Assembly (NCBI GenBank): GCA_002101235.1
Contig: LWTL01000117.1
Location: 27,432-91,431, forward strand
Length of the DNA stretch: 64,000 bases
DNA from: Cycloclasticus sp. symbiont of Bathymodiolus heckerae
GTDB lineage: Bacteria > Pseudomonadota > Gammaproteobacteria > Methylococcales > Cycloclasticaceae
Reading direction: 5' to 3'
Within the stretch, counting starts at the first letter, position 1. The number at the start of each line of letters is the position of its first letter. Below, piece after piece: positions 17,785 through 28,715 of this stretch. A program made the position numbers and the translations under genes. The notes under the pieces are model-generated. The model made no database searches, had not been told where the DNA came from, and was given only the letters and a program-made list of their open reading frames with translations.

Positions 17785-19054
17785 TGGCCTTGCCGATGCT
17801 TAACGTCGTCGATAGCTGCACACCGCCACCTTTTACCGCTTGAATAAGTAGCGAGCCGCCTAAGCTTTCAACGCGCTCTTTAATGCCGGTTAAACCACCA
17901 CCCCAATCTACAACAGCAGGGTCAAAACCTACGCCATTATCTTTAATAGAAAGACGTATGCTAATCTGCCCTCCTTCTTTAATTTCAATGAGCTCAATCT
18001 GCACTTGCGTTGCTTTTGCATATTTAAGAACATTGGTTAAGGATTCTTGAATAATTCGGTAATAATAAATAGCCTCTGCCCCAACTAATTGGTCTGTAGA
18101 ATTATCTATATTTAAAACAATTTCACTTTCGCCCGGCCACTTATCAACCAAATCAGTCACTGCTGCTAATAGGCCGAACTCAGCTAACAAAGCCGGTGTT
18201 AGCTGTTGCATTCTATTTCTTACGACTCCAAACAAATGATCACAAATGGATTCTATTTGGCATAGCGCCTCTTTACTGACTGTTTTTTTGTATTTGGCTG
18301 AAACCGCCAGTGCTTTTATTGCTGTTAAAGATTGACCCATTTCATCGTGCAGCTCACGGGCTAAATAATGGCGTTCATTCTCACTAATATCCAATGCTTT
18401 TTTATTTAACCGTTGGTGCTCACTTTTCGACCATGCTAGCTTTTCATTTAAGTGATTTAGCCCCGTTGCAATTTGAGCAAACTCTGGCAGGTTAAAAGCT
18501 TCTAATCGTTTTAAATAGTTACCTTGTTCAATCTCACCCAACATTAATAAAATATCATCAACAGGGCGTAGCGCCCGACCAATAACAATAAAAACAGAGC
18601 ATGAAATAAGCAGTGTTAGCGACAATAAAACACCGAGAAAGACCAACGCTTCTTTCCATGCCTCTTTTATTTCATCACTCGGGTCAGCGACTAAACGTAC
18701 CGTCTGTCCTCCTTTTTCAAGGTCTATTAACAAGGTTAGCTGTTTCAAATTAGGACGCACAAATTGTACGAATAGCGATGGAATACTTTTCTCATCAATA
18801 ACTGTCGGCGAGCCTTTTATTTCTTCTTTATTGTCATCAATTACCGCAATGCGTAAATGCCGTACTTTATCTAGCCCAGAAAGGTAATCACCTCTAGCGC
18901 CTTGCTTGATTAATTTACTTGCCAGTATTAACGATGAAGAAACCTCTTCAAAAACAGAGTCCCGCGCATTAATAACCGTTATCGCACTGCCGAGTAGCAA
19001 TGCAAATAAACAGATCAGCATAATAATTAAATTCAGTTGGAACCGTAAACTCAT
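17777..19054 (-). CDS. HAMP/HisKA_3 sensor histidine kinase (MoxY/MxcQ/MxbD-like)
   Basis: MSLRFQLNL N-terminus, two TMs, HAMP domain, ARELHDEMGQSLT, QESLTNVLKYA, DNGVGF and GLTGIKERV. Confidence 0.88.
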   Translation of the reverse strand: MSLRFQLNLIIMLICLFALLLGSAITVINARDSVFEEVSSSLILASKLIKQGARGDYLSGLDKVRHLRIAVIDDNKEEIKGSPTVIDEKSIPSLFVQFVRPNLKQLTLLIDLEKGGQTVRLVADPSDEIKEAWKEALVFLGVLLSLTLLISCSVFIVIGRALRPVDDILLMLGEIEQGNYLKRLEAFNLPEFAQIATGLNHLNEKLAWSKSEHQRLNKKALDISENERHYLARELHDEMGQSLTAIKALAVSAKYKKTVSKEALCQIESICDHLFGVVRNRMQQLTPALLAEFGLLAAVTDLVDKWPGESEIVLNIDNSTDQLVGAEAIYYYRIIQESLTNVLKYAKATQVQIELIEIKEGGQISIRLSIKDNGVGFDPAVVDWGGGLTGIKERVESLGGSLLIQAVKGGGVQLSTTLSIGKANE

Positions 19055-19249
19055 GACTTTGGAAGTAGCTGTTGATTCAATTTAGTTTACCCGCAACAGC
19101 ATTAGGATATTATCCTCTTCGCAATATTTCGTATGGAAAAGATAAAAACTATCTATGGTTATCCTTCTTAGAGATCAATATAAGTATTAAGATTTTTTCA
19201 CCTTACGAAAAGCAGGAAAGCCTCAGTGTTTAATTAGCCTTGTTATATT

Positions 19250-19370
19250 TTATTTCGTTGAGTAACGTTCAATACTAATATTACCCTTCCTATGCAGCAT
19301 TGCATGGCAATTAGGACACACAGGTCTAAGACCAGTAATTGGATTAATTTCGCATTCATCACCGATGAAG
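19250..19370 (-). pseudogene. C-terminal fragment of an McrA-type HNH endonuclease
   Basis: Manual translation: FIGDECEINPITGLRPVCPNCHAMLHRKGNISIERYSTK*. This matches the LRPVCPNCHAMLH HNH core; no start or N-terminal part is present. Confidence 0.75.
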
Positions 19371-19497
19371 TATGAGGAACGATATTTTAAGGAGCTGAGA
19401 GATGTCTAATGTTCTCACGGCGATTCACAATTCCCTTTATTCGGTAGTAGCGTTAAAAGAAGAAATACCTCCCTACAGCCATACTCGGCAAATCAGC

Positions 19498-21249
19498 TCA
19501 ATCAACCAACTCCAAATATCTCACCATCAACTGTACGTTAGACCGTCCCATATAGGTATTAACATCTAACTGATAAACCACTTTGACTTTGGCTAAGCCG
19601 ATGACGCTATCGGGGTTATCCACATTAAAATAAATCGCGTCTATTTTTCTGTTGGTATTTTGCGTTGTAAGTTCTAATTTAACGTGTTTTTGACCAACAA
19701 TGCATGCCTTACTTACATTGAATACACCAACAAAAATAGGCTCTGGGAAGTTTTGTCCCCATGGGCCTGCTTGTCGTAGGGTTTCGGCTAAATTTAGATT
19801 AATGTCGTTATCCGGTATTTCGCCATCCACTAAAAATACGTTTTCGGGCACTTGGTTGTTCAGGCGTTTTTTTACTGCTTGGTTAAAAGCGTCTTTAAAT
19901 GTATCTAAATCTTTCTCCGCAAAACTCATACCGGCTGCCATAGCGTGGCCACCAAACTTTTTTAATAAGCCGGGGTGTTGGCTGGCGACATCGTCTAACG
20001 TATCGCGTATGTGCAGGCCTGCAATTGAACGCGCTGAGCCTTTCACATCGCCGTTATCGGCTTTTGCAAAGGCGATAACGGGCCTATTCAATTTTTCTTT
20101 AATGCGCGAGGCAAGAATACCAATAACACCCTGATGCCAGTGTTCATCAAACAGGCAGACACCCCATTGTTCTTGTTGATTTTCTTTGACGTTAAACGAC
20201 GCTAAAATTTTGTAAGCGTCTTGCTTCATGTCGTCTTCTATTGAACGGCGCTCGATATTGAGCATATCGAGTTGTTCAGCAATATTAAGCGCCTCTTGTT
20301 CATTATCAGTTAGTAAGCAGCGAATACCGAGTGACATATCGTCTAAACGCCCTGCTGCATTTAACCTTGGGCCAATGGCAAAACCCAAGTCGCTTGAAAC
20401 AACACGGTCTGGCTCTCGCTTTGCGATACGCAACAACGCGGCTATCCCTGGGACGCACTGTGAAGCTTGAATTCGTAGAATGCCTTGATGCACCAGCTTA
20501 CGGTTTGTTTCGTCCATCGGCACAACATCTGCCACTGTTCCTAGTGCAACGATATCCAATAAATTGGCTAAATTCGGAGCGGATTGACCTTCAAAAACGC
20601 CGTCATTCTTCAGCGATGCTCGTAGCGCTAGTAGCACATAAAACATTACCCCTACGCCGGCCAGAGCTTTACTGGGGAATTCGTCGTTGATTAATTGCGG
20701 GTTTACAATAGCGTGAGCATTCGGTAATTTTTTGGGTGGCAAATGGTGATCGGTAACAACGACTTGGCAGCCGTTTTCGATCGCATAGGCAACGCCTTCA
20801 ACACTGGATATTCCATTATCAACAGTGATAATAAGGTCAGGGCTTAACTCCAACGCCACATCGACTATTTCGGGCGTTAAGCCGTAGCCAAATTTAAAGC
20901 GATCGGGAACAACAAAGTCGACATTATTTGCACCTAACATCTTCAGGCCACGAATAGCCACAGCACAAGATGTTGCACCGTCGGCATCAAAATCCGCCAC
21001 AATTAATATCTTTTTATTGGTTTGAATCGCTTCTTTAATAATACGAACAGCAGATTCAATGCCCGTTAGGCTTTGATAACTAGGTAAGTTCTTTAATGTG
21101 CGGTCAAGTTGCTCTTGCTGCGTTATTCCCCTATTGAGATACACCTGCCGTAAGACGGGGTGCACTTCTGCGAGTGTATTGGCATCGTGATGAGCCGCCT
21201 CACGGTACTTGATACGTGGGATTGAGCTGTCTGATGCTGAGCCGCTCAT
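19498..21249 (-). CDS. recJ: Single-stranded-DNA-specific exonuclease RecJ
   Basis: ADFDADGATS, ITVDNGI, TDHH, GTVADVVP and GGHAMAAG (DHH/DHHA1). Confidence 0.97.
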   Translation of the reverse strand: MSGSASDSSIPRIKYREAAHHDANTLAEVHPVLRQVYLNRGITQQEQLDRTLKNLPSYQSLTGIESAVRIIKEAIQTNKKILIVADFDADGATSCAVAIRGLKMLGANNVDFVVPDRFKFGYGLTPEIVDVALELSPDLIITVDNGISSVEGVAYAIENGCQVVVTDHHLPPKKLPNAHAIVNPQLINDEFPSKALAGVGVMFYVLLALRASLKNDGVFEGQSAPNLANLLDIVALGTVADVVPMDETNRKLVHQGILRIQASQCVPGIAALLRIAKREPDRVVSSDLGFAIGPRLNAAGRLDDMSLGIRCLLTDNEQEALNIAEQLDMLNIERRSIEDDMKQDAYKILASFNVKENQQEQWGVCLFDEHWHQGVIGILASRIKEKLNRPVIAFAKADNGDVKGSARSIAGLHIRDTLDDVASQHPGLLKKFGGHAMAAGMSFAEKDLDTFKDAFNQAVKKRLNNQVPENVFLVDGEIPDNDINLNLAETLRQAGPWGQNFPEPIFVGVFNVSKACIVGQKHVKLELTTQNTNRKIDAIYFNVDNPDSVIGLAKVKVVYQLDVNTYMGRSNVQLMVRYLELVD

Positions 21250-21259
21250 ATTGAGTTTA

Positions 21260-22330
21260 TTAAAGTTTATCTAAAATTGCTGCTTTAACTGCATCTAATG
21301 AGGCATCTATTGCTTGAGGATTAACGGCACATTGTGAAATAGCCGTATCTGGATCCTTCAAACCGTGTCCTGTTAATGTACAAACGATGGTGCTACCTTC
21401 AGGAATTTTTCCATTTTTAATGTCACGAAGAACGCCACCAACAGACGCAGCAGATGCAGGTTCGCAAAAGATGCCTTCTTTCTCGCTGAGTAGTTTTTGT
21501 GCTGCTAATATTTCTTCGTCGCTTAACAAATCAAACCAACCGCCTGATTCTTTTTGCGCGGCCCATGCTTGGTCCCATGATTGTGGACGACCAATACGAA
21601 TAGCCGTTGCCACAGTTTCTGGGTCATCAATCATTTCGCCTTTTAGGAACGGTGCAGCACCGGCCGCTTGGTAACCGACCATAATAGGATGATCCCCCGA
21701 TATTTTTCCCATTTCGGTATAACCTAACCAATGTGCAGTAATATTGCCCGCATTACCGACTGGTAAACAGTGATAGTCAGGTACTTTACCTAACGCCTCA
21801 ACAATTTCGTAGGCTGCTGTTTTTTGGCCTTGTATGCGGTATGGGTTAATTGAGTTCACGATGGTAACGGGCGCATGTTCAGCCACGTCTTTAACCAATT
21901 GCATACCGTGATCAAAGTTACCTTTAATTTGGATGATTTCAGCACCGTGCATCATCGCTTGCGCTAATTTACCTAAAGCAATTTTGCCTTCTGGAATAAG
22001 TACAAATGCTTTAATACCAGCACGTGCTGCATAGGCTGCCGCAGAAGCGGACGTATTGCCTGTAGAGGCACAAATAATGGCTTTACTGCCCTCTTCAACC
22101 GCTTTTGTTACCGCCATGGTCATGCCACGGTCTTTAAACGATCCCGTTGGGTTTAAACCTTCATATTTAACGTAGATATCTACATTTTTACCGGTTAACG
22201 CAGGAATATTTTCAAGTTTAATGAGCGGTGTATTACCCTCACCAATGCTGATTAAACGCGTGCTGTCTGAAACAGGCAGTACGGCTCTAAATTTATCAAT
22301 AAGTCCTAAATAACGATTACCAGTTGCCAT
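21260..22330 (-). CDS. thrC: Threonine synthase
   Basis: EGLNPTGSFKDRGM, CASTGNTSAS and PVGNAGN. Confidence 0.96.
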   Translation of the reverse strand: MATGNRYLGLIDKFRAVLPVSDSTRLISIGEGNTPLIKLENIPALTGKNVDIYVKYEGLNPTGSFKDRGMTMAVTKAVEEGSKAIICASTGNTSASAAAYAARAGIKAFVLIPEGKIALGKLAQAMMHGAEIIQIKGNFDHGMQLVKDVAEHAPVTIVNSINPYRIQGQKTAAYEIVEALGKVPDYHCLPVGNAGNITAHWLGYTEMGKISGDHPIMVGYQAAGAAPFLKGEMIDDPETVATAIRIGRPQSWDQAWAAQKESGGWFDLLSDEEILAAQKLLSEKEGIFCEPASAASVGGVLRDIKNGKIPEGSTIVCTLTGHGLKDPDTAISQCAVNPQAIDASLDAVKAAILDKL

Positions 22331-22338
22331 GAGTTTTC

Positions 22339-23655
22339 CTATTGTAAAGATTCAACTCGAATACGAATAACTGAACCATTGGTTGAGTCAAGCGCTTCAA
22401 TATCTTTAATCGCCTGAATCATTGATTTTTCTATAACACTATCTGTCAACAAAATAACATCGGTGCTAGCGCCTTGTGGAACGGCTTCTTTTTGTAAAAC
22501 TGCTTCTATGCTAATGCCGTTAGCAGCTAGAACTGAGGTAATAGCTGCCATAACACCCGGCTTGTCTTCTACCGAAATACGCAAGTAAAAAGCCGTTGTA
22601 ATATCTTCGATAGGGAGTAGAGGTATGTCCTGTAATTGCTCATCCATAAAACCTAAGGCTGGCACTGCATTAGCCCCATCAAGCTGGCGGCAAATATCAA
22701 CAATATCAGCAATAACAGCTGATGCCGTTGCTTCAGCACCCGCACCAGGACCATAATAAAGCGTTGGACCTACGGCATTACCTTTAACAACAACTGCGTT
22801 CATGACTCCATCAACATTGGCGATGAGTTGTTTCTCTGAAATAAGCGTTGGATGAACGCGCATTTCTACACCGGCTTCGCTTTTTCTAGCAACGCCTAAA
22901 TGTTTAATTCGGTAACCCAGTTCTTCAGCATACGTAACATCTAAAGGGGTGATTCTCGAAATACCCTCGGTATACACTTTTTTAAAGTTCAACGGCATAC
23001 CAAATGCTAATGAAGCCAGAATGCACAACTTATGCGCTGCATCAATGCCTTCAACGTCATATTCTGGATCAGCTTCTGCGTAACCTAAATCTTGAGCCTC
23101 TTGTAATACGTCGGCAAACGCGCTGCCTTTATCACGCATTTCAGTCAGGATGAAATTTCCAGTCCCGTTAATGATGCCTGCTAACCATTCAATACCGTTA
23201 GCGGTTAGCCCTTCTCGCATTGCTTTAACAATAGGAATACCGCCTGCAATGGCTGCTTCATAAGCAAGTACAACATTGTTTTTGGCCGCTTCAGCAAAAA
23301 GCTCATTACCGTGGTTTGCTATGAGGGCTTTATTAGCCGTAATAACATGTTTTCCTTGCTTAAGTGCTTCGAGAATAAGTGATTTGGCAGGCTCTTCTCC
23401 ACCCATCAGCTCAACGACAATTTGAATCTCTGGATCGTTAACAATCTCTTGTGGGTTAGTTGTCAGTTGAATGCCATCCGTATCGCAAATACGTGAACGT
23501 GTAAGATCACGCGCGCTTGCTTTAGATACAACAACTTGGTAACCCGTACGGCGTGAAATGTCTTCGCTATTTTTCGCCAAAACATTAACAGTGCCACCGC
23601 CAACAGTACCAAGGCCTAATAGACCAACTTTTACAACGTTCAAAAGATTCCCCAA
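22339..23655 (-). CDS. hom: Homoserine dehydrogenase
   Basis: GLGTVGGG, EAAIAGGIP, GYAEADP and a C-terminal ACT domain. The true start may be the TTG at 23643. Confidence 0.96.
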   Translation of the reverse strand: MGNLLNVVKVGLLGLGTVGGGTVNVLAKNSEDISRRTGYQVVVSKASARDLTRSRICDTDGIQLTTNPQEIVNDPEIQIVVELMGGEEPAKSLILEALKQGKHVITANKALIANHGNELFAEAAKNNVVLAYEAAIAGGIPIVKAMREGLTANGIEWLAGIINGTGNFILTEMRDKGSAFADVLQEAQDLGYAEADPEYDVEGIDAAHKLCILASLAFGMPLNFKKVYTEGISRITPLDVTYAEELGYRIKHLGVARKSEAGVEMRVHPTLISEKQLIANVDGVMNAVVVKGNAVGPTLYYGPGAGAEATASAVIADIVDICRQLDGANAVPALGFMDEQLQDIPLLPIEDITTAFYLRISVEDKPGVMAAITSVLAANGISIEAVLQKEAVPQGASTDVILLTDSVIEKSMIQAIKDIEALDSTNGSVIRIRVESLQ

Positions 23656-23707
23656 GGTTTAAGTAAGGGCGTAATTATACAGGAAGTAGTAGCTGTCGAA
23701 AAAGTGC

Positions 23708-24892
23708 TTAGCTCTCTTTATCACTTCTAAACATTTGTTTAATGCCGCGAACAGCTTGACGCGTACGGTGATTATTTTCTATTAAACCAAAGCGCACATA
23801 TTCATCACCAAATTCACCAAAACCAATGCCTGGAGATACGGCCACTTTCGCTTCTTTTAAAAGCTTTTTTGAAAATTCTAACGAACCTATCTCACGATAT
23901 TGTGAGGGAATTTTTGCCCAAACGAACATCGTTGCTTTTGGTTTTTCAACCGGCCAGCCAATGCTATTCAGACCATCGCAAAGAACATCTCTACGCTCTT
24001 TATACAACGCTCTTATTTCGTCCACGCAATCTTGAGGACCTTCTAACGCAGCAATAGCCGCTACTTGAATAGGCGTAAACATACCGTAATCTAAATACGA
24101 CTTAATACGAGCAAGGGCTCCAACGAGCTCTTTATTGCCACACATAAAACCAACACGCCAGCCTGGCATATTGTATGTTTTTGATAGTGAATAAAATTCA
24201 ACGGCAATATCTTTTGCGCCTGGGACTTCAAGAATAGAAGGCGCTTTATAACCATCGAATACAATTTCTGCATACGCATTATCGTGCACCACCCAAATAT
24301 CGTGTTCTTTAGCCATTTTGATGACTTTCTCAAAGAACTCTAAGTCAACACATTGCGTTGTTGGGTTACCAGGAAAATTAAGCACCAACATTTTCGGTTT
24401 TGGGTAAGATGTCTTAATCGCTTTTTCAAGCTCACTAAAAAAATCAACCTCTGGGTTAATTGGCACGTGACGAATATCTGCACCCGCAATAACAAATCCA
24501 TAAGGGTGAATTGGGTATGCTGGATTAGGCACTAGAACGGCATCACCTGGGCCTAGCGTCGCCATGGCTAAATGAGCTAAGCCTTCTTTTGAACCAATGG
24601 TAACAATCGCTTCCGAATCGAAGTCTAAATCAACATCATATTTTGACTTGTACCAGCCACAAATAGCTTTGCGTAAGCGAGGAATACCACGTGAAACAGA
24701 ATAGCGATGTGTGTCGCCACGTTGAGCTGTCTCAGTTAATTTATCGACAATATGTTTAGGTGTAGGTTGGTCGGGGTTACCCATACCAAAATCAATAATA
24801 TCCTCACCTGCCGCACGCGCTTGCGCCTTTAAGTCATTAACAATATTAAAGACATAAGGTGGTAGACGTTTTATTCGTGCGAATTCATGCAT
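23708..24892 (-). CDS. alaC: Alanine transaminase AlaC (class I PLP aminotransferase)
   Basis: [31 protein letters not shown] and [14 protein letters not shown]. Confidence 0.9.
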   Translation of the reverse strand: MHEFARIKRLPPYVFNIVNDLKAQARAAGEDIIDFGMGNPDQPTPKHIVDKLTETAQRGDTHRYSVSRGIPRLRKAICGWYKSKYDVDLDFDSEAIVTIGSKEGLAHLAMATLGPGDAVLVPNPAYPIHPYGFVIAGADIRHVPINPEVDFFSELEKAIKTSYPKPKMLVLNFPGNPTTQCVDLEFFEKVIKMAKEHDIWVVHDNAYAEIVFDGYKAPSILEVPGAKDIAVEFYSLSKTYNMPGWRVGFMCGNKELVGALARIKSYLDYGMFTPIQVAAIAALEGPQDCVDEIRALYKERRDVLCDGLNSIGWPVEKPKATMFVWAKIPSQYREIGSLEFSKKLLKEAKVAVSPGIGFGEFGDEYVRFGLIENNHRTRQAVRGIKQMFRSDKES

Positions 24893-24985
24893 GGTATAGG
24901 TTTTTAGCTAAGTTAAGAGCAAGCGCGATACAGTACGCACCTGTATTTTAACTGTCAACATCAATGTATCAATAAGAGATTGATA

Positions 24986-25903
24986 CTAATGCAATAAAAG
25001 TGATGAAGACATACCTTCGTTCTCTAAAATCGACCGTAATGACTTTAGAGCACTCATTTGCACTTGCCTAACACGTTCTCGCGTCACACCAATTTCGTTA
25101 GCAACTTGCTCTAATGTGGACGGGTGATGTCCTCGAACACCAAAACGACGAGAAATAACTTCTCTTTGCTTATCGCTCAACATTTCAAGCCATTGATCTA
25201 AATTGTCGCGAATTTCTTCTGATTGAAGAATATCGGTGGGTTCTTGTGCATCTTGATCGACAACGGTATCAAGTAATTGCTGCTCGGTATCTTTAGAAAC
25301 TGAAACATCTAACGACGAAACGTGTTCCTTGTGCATACGGAACATTTTTTCAATTGTTTTAACCGGCTTACCGGTCACTTCTGCAACATCTTCCGCGCTA
25401 ACTTCACGGTCTAGTTCTTGACTTAATTCCCGTGCTTTTTTGAGATAAATATTCATCTCTTTAATGATATTAATCGGCAAACGAATCGTTCTCGTTTGAT
25501 TCATAATGGCGCGCTCTATTGTTTGGCGAATCCACCACGTTGCATAAGTGGAAAACCTAAAGCCTTTTTCAGGGTCGAATTTTTCAACAGCGCGAATCAA
25601 ACCTAAATTGCCTTCCTCAATAAGGTCGAGCATGGGCAAGCCACGATTCATATAACGTCTTGAAATCTTAACAACAAGCCGTAAATTACTCTCAATCATG
25701 TGCTGTCTAGCAGGTTGGTCGCCCTTTTGAACAAGGCGGCCATAATGAATTTCTTCTTCTGCGGTTAATAAAGCAACAGCACCTAATTCATTTAAGTATA
25801 GTTGCGTCGCATCATTGCTTGCGGCCCCACGTACTTTCTTTGTTTTTCCCGTGTCCATGGTTTCGACTTTTGCCGATTTTTTTATTTTAGTATTTCCTTG
25901 CAT
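24986..25903 (-). CDS. rpoS: RNA polymerase sigma factor RpoS
   Basis: [31 protein letters not shown] and TRERVRQ; downstream of nlpD. Confidence 0.94.
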   Translation of the reverse strand: MQGNTKIKKSAKVETMDTGKTKKVRGAASNDATQLYLNELGAVALLTAEEEIHYGRLVQKGDQPARQHMIESNLRLVVKISRRYMNRGLPMLDLIEEGNLGLIRAVEKFDPEKGFRFSTYATWWIRQTIERAIMNQTRTIRLPINIIKEMNIYLKKARELSQELDREVSAEDVAEVTGKPVKTIEKMFRMHKEHVSSLDVSVSKDTEQQLLDTVVDQDAQEPTDILQSEEIRDNLDQWLEMLSDKQREVISRRFGVRGHHPSTLEQVANEIGVTRERVRQVQMSALKSLRSILENEGMSSSLLLH

Positions 25904-25904
25904 T

Positions 25905-26651
25905 TCATCCCCTTAGTCTTGGCAAGTACTTCGTTACCGAAACGGCTTTACCGTGTTTCCTCATTTCAAAGAAAAGAACATGGCGTTTTTTATTATCATT
26001 GCCAATTTCAGCTATTGCCTGCCCTTTCTTTACAACACTACCTTCTTCTACCAATAACCGCTTATTGTATCCATACGCAGTTAAGAATTCACTATTATGC
26101 ATGACTATTAGAAGGTTCCCATAGCCTTTTAGACCATTGCCCGCATAAACAACCTTACCGCCTTCGCTACTACGGACCAACTCACCCGACTTGCCAACCA
26201 AAACAACACCTGATTGGGCTCCACCTTTCTCAAGCTTCTTTACAGTTATCGGCCATTGCCAAGCCAGCTTTAAACCTTTCTTATAATTGCTTGAAGTTCG
26301 CCTTGTTATTTTTTTCTTTACAGAGGGCGTCTTTCTTATTTTTTTGGAAGCACTGGCCTTTTTTGTTACACGTTTTGTTGCTAATAAGCTTAATTTTTGG
26401 CCTTTATAAATTGTATAAGGCCATGCAATATTGTTCCATCTTGCTAATTCTTTATAGTCTTTACCATTTACCCAAGCTATGGAATATAGCGTGTCGCCCG
26501 TTCCAACCATATGAAATGTAGATGAACTTTTTTTAGAGGGGCTATGGTTGTCAAAAACAGGCGCATGTATTTGTGAAGAAGAGCATGAAACAAGAATTAA
26601 GCTAAAAAACGTAATAAAAACAGCAATATAAATGTTTTGTGAGTATTTCAA
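25905..26651 (-). CDS. nlpD: LysM/M23 lipoprotein NlpD
   Basis: Lipobox LVSC, LysM (GDTLYSIAW) and a degenerate M23 domain ([12 protein letters not shown]). Confidence 0.9.
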   Translation of the reverse strand: MKYSQNIYIAVFITFFSLILVSCSSSQIHAPVFDNHSPSKKSSSTFHMVGTGDTLYSIAWVNGKDYKELARWNNIAWPYTIYKGQKLSLLATKRVTKKASASKKIRKTPSVKKKITRRTSSNYKKGLKLAWQWPITVKKLEKGGAQSGVVLVGKSGELVRSSEGGKVVYAGNGLKGYGNLLIVMHNSEFLTAYGYNKRLLVEEGSVVKKGQAIAEIGNDNKKRHVLFFEMRKHGKAVSVTKYLPRLRG

Positions 26652-26660
26652 ACGATCAAA

Positions 26661-27236
26661 TCAGGTTAATTTATAAACAAGTAACCCTAGAACAATAGTC
26701 GCCGTTACAGCCCAACCAATAACTTCAATATAACTATTCAGCTGGTGCCGCAACTTATCGCCACCTAATGAAATCAGAAATGCTACTAAAAAGAACCGTG
26801 CGCCACGACCTATAATAGATGCCAATATGAATGGTAGAAACATCATATGAAGCATTCCTGCTGCAATAGTAAAAAGTTTATACGGTATTGGAGAAAAGCC
26901 AGCTATAAAGATGGCCCAAAAACCCCATTCAGCAAACCAGAGTTTTACATTTTCTAATTTTTCACCATATTTGAGTGCTTCAATTGCCGGCTCAATCAAT
27001 TCAAATGAAAACATACCAATCATATAACCAAAAGCCCCACCTAAAACTGAGCCTATCGTCGTTAGTGCTGCAAAATAAAAGCCTTTTGACGGCTTTGCTA
27101 AGCACATAGGCGCCAGCATTACATCCGGTGGGATTGGAAAAAATGACGATTCTGCAAAACTTAGCGCTAAAAGAAATTTATTAGCTTTTGGGTGTTCTGC
27201 CCAAGAAAGAACTTGGTTATATAAGCGCTTAAACAA
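26661..27236 (-). CDS. yqaA: YqaA family (DedA/VTT) membrane protein
   Basis: SFAESSFFPIPPDVML, FSPIPYKLFT and IGRGARFF. Confidence 0.9.
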   Translation of the reverse strand: MFKRLYNQVLSWAEHPKANKFLLALSFAESSFFPIPPDVMLAPMCLAKPSKGFYFAALTTIGSVLGGAFGYMIGMFSFELIEPAIEALKYGEKLENVKLWFAEWGFWAIFIAGFSPIPYKLFTIAAGMLHMMFLPFILASIIGRGARFFLVAFLISLGGDKLRHQLNSYIEVIGWAVTATIVLGLLVYKLT

Positions 27237-27245
27237 TTGATTAAC

Positions 27246-27902
27246 CTATGCCCTGCCTTTGAGAAAAGGCACAAAACTAACAGGTTCAATTGTTTCAACC
27301 TCATAGGCCGACTCGGTACGTGTAACACGCTGAAGTACCTGCTTACCCTCTTCACCAATAGGGATAACCAATTTAGCGCCTATCGAAAGTTGTTCTAATA
27401 ACTTTACCGGTATTTCTGCCGGTGCAGCTGCCGCCAATATCCCTTCGTAAGGACCGCACGATTGCCACCCCCAACCACCATCAGAATGTTTAAAACTGAT
27501 ATTTCTAAAGCCAACATCCGTTAAAACATTTTTCGCCTGTTCTTGTAACGGGCGGATTCGTTCAACTGAAAATACACGTGGGATAAGGCTAGCCAATACT
27601 GAAGATTGATAACCTGATCCTGTACCTACCTCTAAAACATTCTCAGGCAGGCCATCTTCAATTAATAATTCTGTCATCCTCGCGACCATATAAGGCTGAG
27701 ATATGGTTTGTCCATGTCCAATAGGTAAAGAGGTATTTTCATAAGCACGGCTTGCTAATGCTTCAGCTACAAACAAGTGTCGAGGGACTTTGCGCATTAC
27801 TGAAAGGACGCGCTCATCTTTAATGCCAAGCTCCTGCAATTGCAAAATGAGCCGGTCACGCGTTCGCTGGGACGTCATCCCAATACCTAAATGATCAATC
27901 AT
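27246..27902 (-). CDS. pcm: Protein-L-isoaspartate O-methyltransferase
   Basis: [32 protein letters not shown] and VSFVPF. Confidence 0.96.
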   Translation of the reverse strand: MIDHLGIGMTSQRTRDRLILQLQELGIKDERVLSVMRKVPRHLFVAEALASRAYENTSLPIGHGQTISQPYMVARMTELLIEDGLPENVLEVGTGSGYQSSVLASLIPRVFSVERIRPLQEQAKNVLTDVGFRNISFKHSDGGWGWQSCGPYEGILAAAAPAEIPVKLLEQLSIGAKLVIPIGEEGKQVLQRVTRTESAYEVETIEPVSFVPFLKGRA

Positions 27903-28651
27903 AGCGAGACCTTTTCAAGCCAAGTAGTAAGCTCATCTAATTGTTGATAATGTGTCAAATCAATCTTCAGCGGGGTAATTGAAACATAGCCATTTTCTAC
28001 TGCATGAAAATCCGTCCCTTCGCCAGCGTCTTGCTGAGCACCCGGTGGGCCGACCCAATATATCTTCTTATTTCGAGGATCACGTGCTTCAATTACTGGC
28101 TCAGAGCGGTGTCGCTGGCCAAGTCTTGTAGCTTTTAACCCTTTAATTTCACCCAATGGCAAGTCGGGCACATTAACGTTCAATATCGTGTCGGTGGAAA
28201 GCTCATTCGCTAACAACTGCTTTAATAATTGGACGGCAATGATAGCGCCTGTATCAAAGTGTTTAGGCTCGCTCGAATTCATGGAAATGGCAATGGAGGG
28301 CAAGCCTAAAAACCGCCCTTCAGTGGCTGCTGCAACAGTTCCAGAATATAGAACATCATCGCCCATGTTCTCACCATTATTGATGCCTGAAAAAACAATG
28401 TCGGGTTCGTCTTTTAAGAGCCCAGTAATAGCCAGGTGGACACAGTCTGTAGGTGTCCCATCCACAGCATAAAAACCATTATCCATATACTGAGCCCGCA
28501 GCGGCATAGTTAGCGTTAACGAATTACTGGCAGCGCTTCTATTTCTATCTGGAGCAACAACTGTTACACGGGCAACCGCGGATAGTTTGCCAACTAACGC
28601 CGCCAGCCCTGGCGCTAAGTACCCATCATCGTTACTGACTAAAATATGCAT
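27899..28651 (-). CDS. surE: 5'/3'-nucleotidase SurE
   Basis: [15 protein letters not shown] and [22 protein letters not shown]. Confidence 0.97.
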   Translation of the reverse strand: MHILVSNDDGYLAPGLAALVGKLSAVARVTVVAPDRNRSAASNSLTLTMPLRAQYMDNGFYAVDGTPTDCVHLAITGLLKDEPDIVFSGINNGENMGDDVLYSGTVAAATEGRFLGLPSIAISMNSSEPKHFDTGAIIAVQLLKQLLANELSTDTILNVNVPDLPLGEIKGLKATRLGQRHRSEPVIEARDPRNKKIYWVGPPGAQQDAGEGTDFHAVENGYVSITPLKIDLTHYQQLDELTTWLEKVSL

Positions 28652-28715
28652 CAAACTTATCTATGCGCCTATGTTAATAAAGAAATGTACAATTCAAATT
28701 TGCTAAACTCTTATT

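Noticed and set aside
19068-19100. GCTGTTG-N19-CAACAGC inverted repeat upstream of the sensor kinase
   Set aside because: Short 7-bp arms could arise by chance, and there is no independent support for a binding factor.
19200-19250. Complete integron attC site after the HNH fragment
   Set aside because: Only a TATAACAAGGC half is present; no complementary GTTRRRY core, hairpin or integrase.
24966-24986. GTATCAAT-AAGAG-ATTGATAC palindrome after rpoS as an FNR box or terminator
   Set aside because: The half-sites are in the wrong orientation for FNR, and the stem is AT-rich with no U tract; function cannot be supported.
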